This document shows, in pieces, positions 37,772 through 49,656 of a stretch of DNA of 64,000 bases (its first letter is position 1; the number at the start of each line of letters is the position of its first letter). The notes under the pieces are model-generated. The model was not told the DNA's origin. It was given only the letters and a program-made list of their open reading frames with translations, and ran no database searches. The translations under genes and the position numbers were made by a program. This DNA comes from Oscillospiraceae bacterium (lineage in GTDB: Bacteria; Bacillota; Clostridia; Oscillospirales; CAG-272), in the NCBI GenBank assembly GCA_015064785.1, contig SVRM01000003.1:3336-67335 (forward strand), in the 5' to 3' direction.

Positions 37772-39706
37772 TTATAATTTTTGCAGAATCACGGCAGTAT
37801 CCGGCATGACACTGACGCCGTCGCGATATTCGGCTGCCGTCAGAAGATCATACCAGTCGCCGGAAATCGGATACACCTCATCCGAACGGTTGACACAGAT
37901 ACGCAGTGTCTCCCCCTCATTTCTGCGTTCAAACACAAAGACACCGTCCGCGGCACAGAGAATTTCCGTATCGCCGTCCGCAAAGACTGCATGAGAGGTG
38001 CGAATCGCGGCAAGTGTGCGGTAATGCGCCAGAAGAACCGTATCCTCCTTGCCCCACGGGTAAGGACGGCGGTTAAACGGATCGCGGTAGCCCTCCATAC
38101 CGACCTCGTCTCCGTAGTAAATACATGGAATACCGGGCAGAGTGAATTGCAGAACCGACGCAAGCCGGACCAGCGCACGTCCGCGTGCCTTTTCCTCATC
38201 GGTCATCGAAATCAGTGCCAGCGCATCGTTGTCAAGGTCACCCATCGGTTTTGCCGCAAGCGCACTGATGATACGCTCCGTATCGTGCGTGCCGAGCAGA
38301 TTCATCAGAAGATGCGTACAGCCCGCGGGATAGTGTTTCAGAATCATCTGTACCGCACGTGACAGCGCACCTGCATCCCGGTCACGGACGAATGCAAGGA
38401 TGCCATCACGGAACGGGTAGTTCATCACAGAGTCCAGCTGCCCACCGCGGAAATAACGACGACGGCGGTTGTAGGCAATCTTATTCGATGCATCTTCCCA
38501 GACCTCGCCCCAGATCACAGCCTCGGGATTCTCCGCCTTGACCCGCGTCCGCAGATCGCACAGGAAGCGGTTGTCCAGCTCATCCGCGACATCCAGCCGC
38601 CAACCGGATACGCCGAGCGACATCCACTTGTGCAGAATGCCCTCCTCGCCGCAGATGTATTCTCTGAAATCGGGATTGCCGGAATAGAGTGCAGGAAGCA
38701 CCTTCACCCCCCACCAGCAGTCATACTCGTCGGGATAGTTTTTGAACCGATACCACGAAAAATACGGAGATTCCTCGGACTGATAAGCACCAACGGTGTC
38801 ATACTTGCCGTATCGGTTGAAGTAACGGCTGTCATCACCCGTATGGTTGAAGACACCGTCGCAAATGACGCGGATGCCGCGCTTGCCTGCCTCCCGCAGG
38901 AGATGCACAAATGCCGGGTCTCCGCCAAAGGACGGATCGACGGTCTCATAGTCTCCGGTATCGTACTTGTGGTTGGTATAAGCACGGAAAATCGGCGAAA
39001 GATAGATAACCGTCACACCAAGCGACTGCAAATACGGCAGACGTTCTGCTATGCCCCACAGGTTTCCGCCGAAAAACTCATTGTTTTCGACCTGTCCGCC
39101 GGGGCGATGCGCGTGCTGCGGAATGCCGTGGTACCAGTCATCGTTGTAGACGGCATCGCCGCGCTGCGGCATCTTGGGATGCTGTTCACTGCGGGAAAAA
39201 CGGTCGACGAAAATGTGATACATGATGCCGCCGCACATGGAATCGGGCAGCACATAACGATCCTCGGTCACCGTCCACTGAAAGGCGTGGATATTTTCAT
39301 CCTGCCACCTGTAGACCGCGCCGAAGTCGTTTTCTTCTTTTGCGTAGATCAGATGCCCGAACCGGGTATCAAATTCAAAACGGAAATAGAAAAGCCCGCT
39401 CTGCTCGCCGTCCGCACAGACATCCCGGCCTCTGACCGTGACCGACCAGACGCCGCCGGCATCACCGGTCATTTCCAGCCACAGCACCGCGCCGTCATCG
39501 TCACGGAACAGACGCATCCGTCCGCTCACGGCTTCCAGTTTTTTCTGAAGACGAACGGAAAATGTCAGTGTGTCAGAGGCACAGCTGACGGTGTGCGGCA
39601 TCGTCCGACCGCTGCCATCGGTCACTGTCATCGGATACGGGGTTTCCTGTTCGATAGGAAAAACCGGATGTTGTCCGGTTTTTCCTGCATAGTTTGTATT
39701 GCTCAT
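37772..39706 (-). CDS. GH13 neopullulanase/cyclomaltodextrinase-like
   Basis: DGVFNHTG, GWRLDVADE, GEVW, LGTHDT, YYGDE. Confidence 0.9.
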   Translation of the reverse strand: MSNTNYAGKTGQHPVFPIEQETPYPMTVTDGSGRTMPHTVSCASDTLTFSVRLQKKLEAVSGRMRLFRDDDGAVLWLEMTGDAGGVWSVTVRGRDVCADGEQSGLFYFRFEFDTRFGHLIYAKEENDFGAVYRWQDENIHAFQWTVTEDRYVLPDSMCGGIMYHIFVDRFSRSEQHPKMPQRGDAVYNDDWYHGIPQHAHRPGGQVENNEFFGGNLWGIAERLPYLQSLGVTVIYLSPIFRAYTNHKYDTGDYETVDPSFGGDPAFVHLLREAGKRGIRVICDGVFNHTGDDSRYFNRYGKYDTVGAYQSEESPYFSWYRFKNYPDEYDCWWGVKVLPALYSGNPDFREYICGEEGILHKWMSLGVSGWRLDVADELDNRFLCDLRTRVKAENPEAVIWGEVWEDASNKIAYNRRRRYFRGGQLDSVMNYPFRDGILAFVRDRDAGALSRAVQMILKHYPAGCTHLLMNLLGTHDTERIISALAAKPMGDLDNDALALISMTDEEKARGRALVRLASVLQFTLPGIPCIYYGDEVGMEGYRDPFNRRPYPWGKEDTVLLAHYRTLAAIRTSHAVFADGDTEILCAADGVFVFERRNEGETLRICVNRSDEVYPISGDWYDLLTAAEYRDGVSVMPDTAVILQKL

Positions 39707-39719
39707 CGTTATGGGAGAA

Positions 39720-42179
39720 TTATTTCTTTCTTGTCTTGCTTGTCTTGACAACCGGAGCGGTGATGGGCGTCATGTGCCAGATGTTCTTTGCGTATTCGCT
39801 GATGGCACGGTCTGCGGCGAAAATACCGGCGGATGCGGTATTGACCAGCGACATTTTTGCCCACTTGTCGCGGTTGTTGTAATCGATGGTCATACGGTCA
39901 TGCGCACGGCAGTAAGATTCAAAGTCCGCCAGACACATATACGGGTCAGCAATACCGCGTCCGATGACGAGATAATCGACGAAATCGCGGTAGGAGTTGC
40001 CGTTGAAGCCGTAGGTGAAGGTATCGACGGTTCTCTTGAGCTTGTCGTTTGCAACATAGTAGGTTGCCGCATTGTAGCCGTGACGCCACAGATCATCAAC
40101 CTCAGGTGTGGTCAGACCGAACAGATACATGTTGTCATCGCCCACAGCCTCATGGATTTCGACGTTCGCACCGTCCAGCGTACCGATGGTGACAGCACCG
40201 TTGATCATCAGCTTCATACAGCCCGTACCGGATGCTTCCTTACCGGCAAGAGAAATCTGCTCGGAAATATCGGCGGAGGGAATCAGTACCTCAGCCATGG
40301 AGACATTATAGTCCTCCATGAAGACAACGCGGAGCTTTTCGCGGATGCGCGGATCACGTTCGATTTCCGCCTGAAGGTCACAGATCATCTTGATGATGCG
40401 CTTTGCCATGTCATAGCCGGGCGCCGCCTTTGCACCGAAGATGAAGGTCTGGGGCGTGATGTCAAGGTTGGGATTGTCGCGCAGCTCGTTATACAGACTG
40501 ATGATGCGCAGGGCGTTCAGCAGCTGACGCTTGTATTCATGCAGACGCTTGACCTGTACATCGTAGATGGAATCGGGATCGAGCGCAATGCCGGTCTTCT
40601 GCGCAACATAGTTGGAGAAGCGAACCTTATTTTCGCGCTTAATGGCAAGAATCTGGTCAAGTACTTTCTTGTCATCCTTGTATTCGAGCAGGCGGGACAG
40701 CGTCTCAGGCTGCTTCTTGTAATCGGAGCCGATCAGCCCGTCGAGCAGGTTCGTGAGTCCCGGGTTGGAGTAGCACAGCCATCTGCGGTGTGCAATACCG
40801 TTGGTGACATTGGTGAACTTGCCGGGGGTATATTTGTAGTAGTCGTGGAAGACCGTCTTTGTCAGAATGTCGGAGTGGAGCTTCGATACACCGTTGACTG
40901 TGTGAGAGCCTGCGACACACAGGTTTGCCATGCGGACAGAGCCGTAGCCGATGATCGCCATGCGGGAGATACGGTCCCAGTCACCGGGATAGCACTTCCA
41001 CAGATCCTCGCACAGGCGGCGGTTGATTTCGCGGACGATGGTATGGATACGCGGCAGCTTGAGCGCAAACAGATCTTCCTTCCATGTTTCGAGTGCTTCC
41101 GGCATGACGGTATGGTTGGTGTAGGAAACGGTACGGGTGACAACATCCCAAGCCTGCTCCCAGTTATAGCTGTGGACATCCATCAGCTGACGCATCAGCT
41201 CCGGAATGACGAGTGCCGGGTGCGTATCGTTGACATGGATAGCAACCTTATCGGCAAAGTTCCACAGCGAGCCGTAACGGCGCAGATGGTCGGAGATGAT
41301 CGACTGCAGGGATGCGGAAACGAGGAAGTACTGCTGGGACAGACGGAGCAGCTTACCTTCGGTGTGATTGTCAGACGGATACAGAACCTTGGAGATGATT
41401 TCCGCGTTGGTATTCTGTTCCATTGCCTGCATATAGGCGCCCTGCGAGAACAGGTTCATATTAAAGGAGGTGGTGCTCTTTGCCTTCCAGAGACGCAGGA
41501 CGTTGACGGCCTCAGAATCGGCACCGGAGATCATGATGTCATACGGAACCGCCTGGATTTCCTCATAGTTGGAGTGGACAATGTCGCACTTGCCGTTCTG
41601 CCAGGTTTCCTTGATGTGACCGCCGAAACGGACAGTGCACGCCTTGTCGGTTCTCGGCACGAGGACGACATCACCGCCGGGCAGCCAGTTGTCAGGCAGC
41701 TCGATCTGCTGACCGTCGACGAGCTTCTGCTTGAACAGACCGTACTCGTAGAGGATGGAGAAACCGGTTGCGGGATAATTGAGCGTCGTTGCGGCATCCA
41801 TAAAGCAAGCCGCAAGTCTGCCAAGACCGCCGTTGCCCAGACCCGGATCGGGCTCATGCTCACAGACGGATTCGAGCGAGAAACCAAGCTCGGACAGGAC
41901 TTCACGGTAGGTTTCGGTTAAGCCCAGGTTGCCGAGGTTGTTCTTCAGCGAACGGCCGATCAAAAATTCCATGCACATGTAGTACAGGGTCTTGCCGGAC
42001 TGACGCTTGACTTCTTCTTTATATTCAGAGCGCTTCTGGGACAGAATATCCTTGACGCACATCATCACGGCGCGGTAGATCTGATCTTCATTGGCCTCAG
42101 CCATGGTCACGCCGAAATAGCGGGAGAGCTTTGTCGCAATGGCCTCTCTGACTTCTTCTTTGGTAAATTTCTGATTCAT
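39720..42179 (-). CDS. glgP: glycogen phosphorylase
   Basis: LGNGGLGRLAAC, NDTHP, KRLHEYKRQ, EASGTGCMK, TLDGANVE. Confidence 0.96.
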   Translation of the reverse strand: MNQKFTKEEVREAIATKLSRYFGVTMAEANEDQIYRAVMMCVKDILSQKRSEYKEEVKRQSGKTLYYMCMEFLIGRSLKNNLGNLGLTETYREVLSELGFSLESVCEHEPDPGLGNGGLGRLAACFMDAATTLNYPATGFSILYEYGLFKQKLVDGQQIELPDNWLPGGDVVLVPRTDKACTVRFGGHIKETWQNGKCDIVHSNYEEIQAVPYDIMISGADSEAVNVLRLWKAKSTTSFNMNLFSQGAYMQAMEQNTNAEIISKVLYPSDNHTEGKLLRLSQQYFLVSASLQSIISDHLRRYGSLWNFADKVAIHVNDTHPALVIPELMRQLMDVHSYNWEQAWDVVTRTVSYTNHTVMPEALETWKEDLFALKLPRIHTIVREINRRLCEDLWKCYPGDWDRISRMAIIGYGSVRMANLCVAGSHTVNGVSKLHSDILTKTVFHDYYKYTPGKFTNVTNGIAHRRWLCYSNPGLTNLLDGLIGSDYKKQPETLSRLLEYKDDKKVLDQILAIKRENKVRFSNYVAQKTGIALDPDSIYDVQVKRLHEYKRQLLNALRIISLYNELRDNPNLDITPQTFIFGAKAAPGYDMAKRIIKMICDLQAEIERDPRIREKLRVVFMEDYNVSMAEVLIPSADISEQISLAGKEASGTGCMKLMINGAVTIGTLDGANVEIHEAVGDDNMYLFGLTTPEVDDLWRHGYNAATYYVANDKLKRTVDTFTYGFNGNSYRDFVDYLVIGRGIADPYMCLADFESYCRAHDRMTIDYNNRDKWAKMSLVNTASAGIFAADRAISEYAKNIWHMTPITAPVVKTSKTRKK

Positions 42180-42398
42180 GGGTAGTTCTTCCTTCTGTAT
42201 GGTAATTGATGCCCTATTATTATACCATAAATTACGCATACGGTCAAGATGGTAAACACGTGTTTTTCCATGAAATTTTGGGGATTTTTGCTATTTGGAT
42301 GAACTGTCAGTTGTTTTATCTCACAAATTTGAATAGGTTTCGGCAAGAATGACAAAACCGGAATACCGCCGCATGACAGTATTCCGGTAATTTTTGTA

Positions 42399-43241
42399 TT
42401 ATGTAATCGGTTTTGCGGCAAGCGCAAACAACCCCTCCGCATCCAGCGGTGCATTGAACAGAAAATACAGCGGCAGTGCGGGATCAAACACATACAGGTT
42501 TCCCGACCACACGGTTCCGTCCGCGTAATACCGGCGGATCAGTACCCGGCGAATACCCGCCTCATCGGTGAAATCGAGATACGTCGTTTTCATATCGGTC
42601 TTAACGGAGGTATCATAAACGGTGATCTGCATTGAGCCCCACGGCGTTTCTTCCTCCGAGACGCGAAGATTGCGCAGATTGTCATTGCAGCGCAGACCTT
42701 CTGGCGTGCCGTCCGTTTCCAGCTTTTGCAAAAGCAGCTCATCCAGCTCCATCAGAGACGATACCGCGGAAAAAGACACCGTATCCTCAATACTGTCCCT
42801 CATATATGTTACGGTATATGACGAGCCGACTGTCCATTCCACAAGCAGCGGCTGATACGCCTCCGGCAATCCGGAAAGTGCGTATACAGGCATCTCGCGG
42901 TATTCCGCAAGCGCTTCATCGGACAGAATATCCGCCCGCATTTCATCCGGACTTTGATAAGAGCGGATCTCCCCTGTCATCTCACAGGTCGCATTCGGAC
43001 CGGTATATGCCGTTTCCGCCGCTTCCGTATCGGCTTCTGCCGTCTCTGCTTCCTCAGTCACAGCCACGGTCATCGGCGCGGTTTCCGCTTCCGTCTGCGG
43101 CTCAGTGTCGGATGCAGTCACGGCGGTATCTGTCTCTGTAATGGAAGAAGCCGATGACGTTCCCTCTGCGGTACCGCAGGATAACAGTCCGACTGTCAAC
43201 AGGTAAATGAGCAACGTGATGCATTTCTGTTTCATGTGCAT
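42399..43241 (-). CDS. hypothetical lipoprotein
   Basis: lipobox LLSC, Thr/Glu/Ala-rich linker; AGGAGG RBS. Confidence 0.7.
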   Translation of the reverse strand: MHMKQKCITLLIYLLTVGLLSCGTAEGTSSASSITETDTAVTASDTEPQTEAETAPMTVAVTEEAETAEADTEAAETAYTGPNATCEMTGEIRSYQSPDEMRADILSDEALAEYREMPVYALSGLPEAYQPLLVEWTVGSSYTVTYMRDSIEDTVSFSAVSSLMELDELLLQKLETDGTPEGLRCNDNLRNLRVSEEETPWGSMQITVYDTSVKTDMKTTYLDFTDEAGIRRVLIRRYYADGTVWSGNLYVFDPALPLYFLFNAPLDAEGLFALAAKPIT

Positions 43242-43398
43242 GGCATACACCTCCTTTCTCGATTTTATTGTATCATATGTCCGGTAAAAAAGTCAAGTGA
43301 TTCAATTATTGTTCACGGAACGCAAAAAAAAAGTTACATTTCCGTAAAAAAAGCGGCACACCCACCATGAGGTATGCCGCTTACAGATTCCATTGTAA

Positions 43399-44829
43399 TT
43401 ACAGCGCGTTATACATATCAAGATACTTCTTTGCCGATACCGACCAGGAGAAGTCGACCTTCATTGCATTGGCACGCAGGGTTTCCCACTGTTTTGCATC
43501 CCCATACAGATCAACCGCGCGGATGATCGCATCGAGCATATCGAGTGCATCGTAGTTGCAGAACGTGATACCGTTGCCCTCGCCTGTTGTCGGATCATAG
43601 GGATGAATGGTATCGTAAAGACCGCCGACCTCGCGGACAATCGGCACCGTGCCGTAACGGGAAGCGATCATCTGCGCAAGACCGCAGGGTTCGCTCTTGG
43701 ACGGCATTAAGAAGATATCCGCACCGGCGTAAATCTGCTTGGAAACGTCCTTGTTGTACGCAAGCAGGATCGAAACCTTTTCGGGATACCGCTTCTGCAG
43801 ACCTTCAAAGAAGTTCTCAAGGTCAGCCTCACCCGTACCGAGCAGGACAAACTGCACATCGCGTACAAGCAGCCGCTCAATGGCATACTTGACCAGATCA
43901 AAGCCTTTGTGGGAAGCAAGTCTGGATACCATCGCAATGACCGGCGTGGTCGGGGATTCCGGCAGTCCGAAGACCTTCTGAAGCTCTGCCTTGTTGGCAG
44001 CCTTGCCTTCCTCCACAGTCTCCACCGTGAAGTTCTGCTTGATAACAGGATCGGTTTCGGCATTGTAATAGTCGACGTCGATACCGTTGACAATACCCAT
44101 AACCTTGCCCGAGTACATGCGCAGAATATGCTGAAGTCCCGATGCAAAATAATCCATCTGGATTTCCTCGGCGTAACGGGAGGAAACGGTGGACAGTCTG
44201 TCACAGCAGACAATCGCGCCCTTGGTCAGGTTGATCATACCGTTGTATTCGACGATGGAGTGTTCGTAGTCGGACAAACCGAAAACATCACCGAGAATGG
44301 ACAGATCGTAAATGCCCTGATAGTCGATGTTGTGGATCGTGTAAACGGTCTTGATGCCGCGGTATTCCTGCATCCAGTTGTACTTGGTGCGCAGATAGAT
44401 GATGGAGAGCGCGCTCTGCCAGTCATGTGCATGAAGAACATCCGGGAAGAAGCCGATCTTGGGCATCATTTCCATGACAGCCATACAGAAGAACGCAAAG
44501 CGTTCGCCGTCATCGAAGTTGCCGTACAGATTGCCGCGGGAGAAGTAATACTGGTTATCGATGAAATAATAGGTGACATCGTTGAGCTCATAGGAATACA
44601 GACCGCAGTACTGGTTTCTCCAGGACAGCTGGACATAGTATTCGGTCACCTTTTCCATCTTGTCGCGGTATTTTTCGGAAATGGACTGGTACAGCGGGAG
44701 CACGACGCGGATGTCAAGATCGTCGCCTTCTTCGCGCTTGAGCGCTGCCGGCAGAGAACCGAGAACGTCCGCAAGACCGCCTGTGGATGCAAACGGAAGT
44801 GCTTCTGCACCGACAAATAATAATTTCAT
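43399..44829 (-). CDS. glgA: glycogen synthase
   Basis: STGGLADV, HAHDWQ, TIHN, SRLASHKG, PSKSEPCGLAQM. Confidence 0.94.
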   Translation of the reverse strand: MKLLFVGAEALPFASTGGLADVLGSLPAALKREEGDDLDIRVVLPLYQSISEKYRDKMEKVTEYYVQLSWRNQYCGLYSYELNDVTYYFIDNQYYFSRGNLYGNFDDGERFAFFCMAVMEMMPKIGFFPDVLHAHDWQSALSIIYLRTKYNWMQEYRGIKTVYTIHNIDYQGIYDLSILGDVFGLSDYEHSIVEYNGMINLTKGAIVCCDRLSTVSSRYAEEIQMDYFASGLQHILRMYSGKVMGIVNGIDVDYYNAETDPVIKQNFTVETVEEGKAANKAELQKVFGLPESPTTPVIAMVSRLASHKGFDLVKYAIERLLVRDVQFVLLGTGEADLENFFEGLQKRYPEKVSILLAYNKDVSKQIYAGADIFLMPSKSEPCGLAQMIASRYGTVPIVREVGGLYDTIHPYDPTTGEGNGITFCNYDALDMLDAIIRAVDLYGDAKQWETLRANAMKVDFSWSVSAKKYLDMYNAL

Positions 44830-44863
44830 TGCGTATTCTCCTTTCAGAGGATCCTGTGAAAAG

Positions 44864-45994
44864 TTACAGCATCTGATTCTTGCCGATGAAGTACGGCTTG
44901 GACGGATGACCTGCCAGCACATTGCCGTCACGGATAACCGTATTCTTGTCGGAAATGACGCAGTTCATGAAGACATTTTCACCAACCACGGTATCCTGAT
45001 ACAGAATGCAATTCTTAACAACAGCACCGCGTCCGATCTTGACACCACGGAACAGGATGCAGTTTTCAACGGTACCGTCAATGGTACAGCCGTCGGCAAT
45101 CAGGGAGTTCTTGACAACGGAAGCGTCGGTGTAGCGGGTCGGTGCAGAGTTGCGGACCTTGGTCAGAACCGGTCTCCGGTCGACACCGAACAGCGCATTG
45201 CGGAATGCAGTGTTGGTAATCAGCTCCATGCTGGTTGCAAAGTAGTCTTCCAGCGAGGAAATGGTCGCAAATGCACCTTCATAACGGTAGATACGGTAGA
45301 TACGTTCTTCCTTGTTGCGCATCATGATGTCACGGGTCAGGGAGGTAAAGCCGTGCGCGATGGCTTCCTGTACGATATTTTGCAGGTACTTGGTATTGAT
45401 GACAGTGATGTTCAGTGCGACATCATGTTCACCTTCCGCATACTTGGGATTCATGGCAAGGTCGGTGATGCGGCCGCTCTCATCTGCTTCGATGATCGTT
45501 GCGGTTTCGCTGAGACCGCCATTGATGTTCAGACGCTTGGTCATCATCGTGATATCGGCGTTGTTGGCAATGTGATCGCGCAGCAGATCGTCCAGATCAA
45601 TGTTGCAGATGCCGTCACAGTCTGCCATGATGACATAATCTTCCTTGATGTGGTTGAGGCTTGCCGCGATACCCATCAGAGATTCCAGTCTGGAATGTGC
45701 GCCGCCCATATAGTTCTGGTTGTAGCGCATGTTGGGCGGAAGGATCTTGATACCGCCGGAACGTCTTGCCAGATCCCAGTCCTTACCGGAGCCGATGTGG
45801 TCCATCAGGGACTGATAGTTGTACTGGGTAACGACGCGGATATCGGTGATGCCGGAGTTGACCATATTCGACAGCGTGAAGTCGATCAGACGGTATCTGC
45901 ATCCGAACGGAACGGAACCGACAGTACGGATGCGTGTCAGCTCGGGAATGTTTCTTTCATGCAGGTTTGCAAAGATAATACCGATTGCGTTCAT
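44864..45994 (-). CDS. glgD: ADP-glucose pyrophosphorylase subunit GlgD
   Basis: [25 protein letters not shown]; lacks GxGxRL; follows glgC. Confidence 0.92.
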   Translation of the reverse strand: MNAIGIIFANLHERNIPELTRIRTVGSVPFGCRYRLIDFTLSNMVNSGITDIRVVTQYNYQSLMDHIGSGKDWDLARRSGGIKILPPNMRYNQNYMGGAHSRLESLMGIAASLNHIKEDYVIMADCDGICNIDLDDLLRDHIANNADITMMTKRLNINGGLSETATIIEADESGRITDLAMNPKYAEGEHDVALNITVINTKYLQNIVQEAIAHGFTSLTRDIMMRNKEERIYRIYRYEGAFATISSLEDYFATSMELITNTAFRNALFGVDRRPVLTKVRNSAPTRYTDASVVKNSLIADGCTIDGTVENCILFRGVKIGRGAVVKNCILYQDTVVGENVFMNCVISDKNTVIRDGNVLAGHPSKPYFIGKNQML

Positions 45995-47208
45995 GCGATA
46001 TTACCTCCTTCCTTGAGTTCAGAGAGTTTGGCTTCGTTGACCATTTCACCGGCAGCGATGGTCATACCTGCGGGAACGGTCAGCTTGGTACCGATGACAG
46101 CGATCTTTTCTTCCTCGTTCTTGGCACCGACAACCGCACCTGCACAGATGACGGTATCCGTATCAATGATGGAGTATTCGACACGTGCGCCGGCCTCCAC
46201 TCTGGTACCGCTCATAATGACGGAATCGCGGACAACCGCACCGGGTGCGACATAAACACCGTCAAAGAGCACGGAATTTTCAACACAGCCATAGATTACA
46301 CAGCCTTCGCTCATCATGGAGCCGTGAATCTTCGCATCCTCACCGACGAACTGCGGCGGGCGCGCGGAGGTGCGGGAGAAGATTCTCCAGTTCTTATCAT
46401 AAAGATCGAATTCGGGCTTATCGCCGAGCAGATCCATGTTTGCTTCCCACAGAGATGCGATGGTTCCGACATCCTTCCAGTAGCCTTCAAAGGGATACGC
46501 ATACATGGACTTGCCGTCGTCAAGCATCTTCGGGATGATGTTCTTACCGAAGTCCTTGGAGGAATTCGGGTCGTTTTCGTCAGCAATGAGGTATTCCCGG
46601 AGCAGCTTTGCGTTGAAGATGTAGATACCCATCGAAGCCTTGGTGGACTTGGGCTGCTTGGGCTTTTCTTCAAACTCGAAGATCTTGCCGTTTTCATCAG
46701 CGTTCATGATACCGAAACGGGAAGCCTCAGACAGCGGAACCTCCAGAACGGAGATGGTGCAGTCGGCGTTCATCTTCTTGTGGTAATCGAGCATTGCCGC
46801 ATAGTCCATCTTGTAAATGTGGTCACCGGAGAGGATCAGCACATAATCGGGATCATAGCGGTCAATGAAGTTGAGGTTCTGGTAAATGGCGTTTGCGGTA
46901 CCGGAATACCAGTCAGCACCATTCTTCCCCTGATAAGGCGGAAGAACCATAACACCGCCGCGGCTGCGGTCGAGGTCCCAGGGCTGACCGTTGCCGATGT
47001 ACTCGTTGAGGACAAGCGGCTGATACTGTGTCAGGACACCGACGGTGTCAAGACCGGAGTTGATGCAGTTGGACAGCGGGAAGTCGATGATACGGTACTT
47101 GCCGCCGAACTGGACTGCAGGCTTTGCCGTGGATTCTGTCAGCGTGTACAGTCTGCTGCCCTGTCCTCCGGCAAGCAGCATAACGACACATTCTTTCTTT
47201 TGGAACAT
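45991..47208 (-). CDS. glgC: glucose-1-phosphate adenylyltransferase
   Basis: [35 protein letters not shown]. Confidence 0.96.
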   Translation of the reverse strand: MFQKKECVVMLLAGGQGSRLYTLTESTAKPAVQFGGKYRIIDFPLSNCINSGLDTVGVLTQYQPLVLNEYIGNGQPWDLDRSRGGVMVLPPYQGKNGADWYSGTANAIYQNLNFIDRYDPDYVLILSGDHIYKMDYAAMLDYHKKMNADCTISVLEVPLSEASRFGIMNADENGKIFEFEEKPKQPKSTKASMGIYIFNAKLLREYLIADENDPNSSKDFGKNIIPKMLDDGKSMYAYPFEGYWKDVGTIASLWEANMDLLGDKPEFDLYDKNWRIFSRTSARPPQFVGEDAKIHGSMMSEGCVIYGCVENSVLFDGVYVAPGAVVRDSVIMSGTRVEAGARVEYSIIDTDTVICAGAVVGAKNEEEKIAVIGTKLTVPAGMTIAAGEMVNEAKLSELKEGGNIA

Positions 47209-47291
47209 GATTGCAATATTCCTCCTTCTATTTTCGCGTTCTGCGGCAGCGTCGCCGCCGCAAAAACGTTTATGGTACAAATTTGGGGATA

Positions 47292-49385
47292 TCAGGATCT
47301 GCGCTGACGCTTCACCGGAGCAAGGATCACGGCCGACATGCCGGGCAGCGTGATACTGAGACAGCGGCGGGTTTCGCTGTTGTCCGGTGCCATGACCGGC
47401 TGCGCTGTCAGTCTGCCTTCGTTATGAAGATCGGATCCGCCCCATGCCGCATCGTCTGTCGAGAACAGCTCCTCATAAACAGCCGGTGCATCTGCCGGAA
47501 GCATCATGGAATAGTTTTCACGCGTGACAGGTGAGAAGTTGACCGCAATCAGAAGCGGCATTCCTCCCCGGTCATAACGGACATAGGAAATGGTGTTGGT
47601 ATCGCGCTCCTCCGTACCCATCCAGCGATAGCCGGCCCAGGAAAAATCATCCTCCCAAAGCTCCCGCCGTTCCAGATACAGATGGTTGAGCGCACGGGTA
47701 AACGACTGCATCTGCCGGTGTGACTCATAGTCAAGCATGAACCATTCCAGCTGGTTTTCAAAGTCCCATTCGCGGAACGGCGCATACTCACATCCCATGA
47801 AGGTCATCTTCTTACCGGGCTGTGTCATCATATAAGCGAAGAACGCACGCATACATGCGAACTTTTCATCATAGTCGCCGAACATCTTGTCAATCAGCGA
47901 TTTTCTGCCGCCCGAAACATCGTCGTGGGTGATCGGCAAAACGTGATTTTCAGAAAATGCATACATCAGCGGGAAGGTCAGCCGTTCATGCTTGTCCCGG
48001 CGGCAGATCGGATCGGTGCCGAGATAGTCAAACAAATCGGCACTCCAACCGCGATTCCACTTGAAGTTGAAGCCAAGTCCGCCCATATCAACGGGCTTGG
48101 ACACCAGCGGCCAGTTCGAGGATTCCTCGGCGATCATCAGTGCATCCGGGAATTCCGAGAACAGCTTTGTGTTCAGCTTGCGGAAAAACGCCGTCGCGGC
48201 AGGATTCTGTCCGGAACCGTCCGCATTGGGCTTCCACCCCGGATGTCTGTCATAATCGAGATACAGCATCTCCGTTACCGCATCGCAGCGCAGACCGTCG
48301 ATGTGATATTCGCGCAGCCAGAACATGGCGTTGGACACGAGGAACGACTGTACCTCCGGCCGTCCGACGTCAAACCTGCGCAGACCGCGCCCGTCCTGTT
48401 CTGTCCTGTCATAGCCCTGATATTCGTAGCAGCGGCTGCTGTCAAACGCACAGAGACCGTGTTCGTCCTCCGGGAAATGCGCGGGAACCCAGTCCATAAT
48501 CACACCGATGCCGGCGGTATGGCAGGCATCAACGAAGGCTTTGAAATCCTGTGGTGTGCCAAAGCGCGAGGTCGGTGCATAGTATGAGCCGACGCGGTAT
48601 CCCCACGAGCTGTCGTCTGGATACTCGGTGATGGGCATCAGGGCAATGTGTGTATAGCCCATTTCCGCGACATACGGAACCAGCACCTCTGCAAGCTCAC
48701 GGTAATTCAGATACGCCGCAGGGTTGTCCTTTGTCGTCATGCCCTCCCGTGTCCGGAAGGAACCGGGATGCACCTCATAAATGTTCATCGGTGCAGGATA
48801 GAACGCACGTGCAGCCTTCGGCTGCGCTCTGCGCTTCTTTGCAGGCGCCCCCGAATCCAATGCAGCTTCGTCGGACACTGCCTTCGGCTGTGGATTGGAA
48901 AAAATTCTGCGCCGATGCGCACGCCATCCGCGGTCATGCCACTCAAACTTCGGCGGAATATAGAGAATGGATGCGGCATCCTGTGTACATTCCGACCAGA
49001 TTCCGTACGGATCCGCCTTCAGATGCACTCCGTTGGCGCCGGTAATGCGGTATTTATAGCGCTGTCCGACCAGACAGCCGTCATCCTCCTGTTTTTTATC
49101 CTTTTCGGGAAGCGGAACAATACACTCCCAGACACCGGACGCTGTGATCCGTTCCATCGGATTGCCGTCCCCCCATCCGTTGAAGTCGCCGACGACCTCA
49201 ACCTTGTGCGCGCCCGGAGCCCAGACCCGGAAGATCCAGTACCTGCCGTCTTTTCCGTCTGAATAATGTGCGCCGAGATAATCGTATGCGTAGGTTGTGG
49301 TTCCCTGATGAAAATAATAAGCGGCAAGATCATCGGGGCGGTTGACTGTAACTGCGGATTTCGTTTGCGGTTTGCCAAATGCCAT
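47292..49385 (-). CDS. glgB: 1,4-alpha-glucan branching enzyme
   Basis: [30 protein letters not shown]. Confidence 0.92.
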   Translation of the reverse strand: MAFGKPQTKSAVTVNRPDDLAAYYFHQGTTTYAYDYLGAHYSDGKDGRYWIFRVWAPGAHKVEVVGDFNGWGDGNPMERITASGVWECIVPLPEKDKKQEDDGCLVGQRYKYRITGANGVHLKADPYGIWSECTQDAASILYIPPKFEWHDRGWRAHRRRIFSNPQPKAVSDEAALDSGAPAKKRRAQPKAARAFYPAPMNIYEVHPGSFRTREGMTTKDNPAAYLNYRELAEVLVPYVAEMGYTHIALMPITEYPDDSSWGYRVGSYYAPTSRFGTPQDFKAFVDACHTAGIGVIMDWVPAHFPEDEHGLCAFDSSRCYEYQGYDRTEQDGRGLRRFDVGRPEVQSFLVSNAMFWLREYHIDGLRCDAVTEMLYLDYDRHPGWKPNADGSGQNPAATAFFRKLNTKLFSEFPDALMIAEESSNWPLVSKPVDMGGLGFNFKWNRGWSADLFDYLGTDPICRRDKHERLTFPLMYAFSENHVLPITHDDVSGGRKSLIDKMFGDYDEKFACMRAFFAYMMTQPGKKMTFMGCEYAPFREWDFENQLEWFMLDYESHRQMQSFTRALNHLYLERRELWEDDFSWAGYRWMGTEERDTNTISYVRYDRGGMPLLIAVNFSPVTRENYSMMLPADAPAVYEELFSTDDAAWGGSDLHNEGRLTAQPVMAPDNSETRRCLSITLPGMSAVILAPVKRQRRS

Positions 49386-49656
49386 GTGTATTACTCCTGT
49401 GTTTATGCATAACGGAATCTCCCGCACCCCTTGCAGGCCGAGAGTTTCACTTATCTATATTATATCTCATTCTCAAGCATTTTGCAAGAGGATTTTCGCA
49501 CTTCTCCATACTTTTCTTCATAAAGTTCGGCTATTTCAGTCAAATATCGACCTGTATTTTTGTTTAATTTGCCATATCGCGTGTTTCGTCGGAAACTGAC
49601 AGCAATGCAAAAACGCCTGCCGCTACCCGGGCAGACGTTTTCTGTATCATGATCTG

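Noticed and set aside
39699-41921. 740-aa plus-strand ORF and similar long antisense ORFs (e.g. 44660-46255, 45985-47307, 28407-29678)
   Set aside because: Shadow frames opposite well-supported genes, expected with GC-biased codon usage
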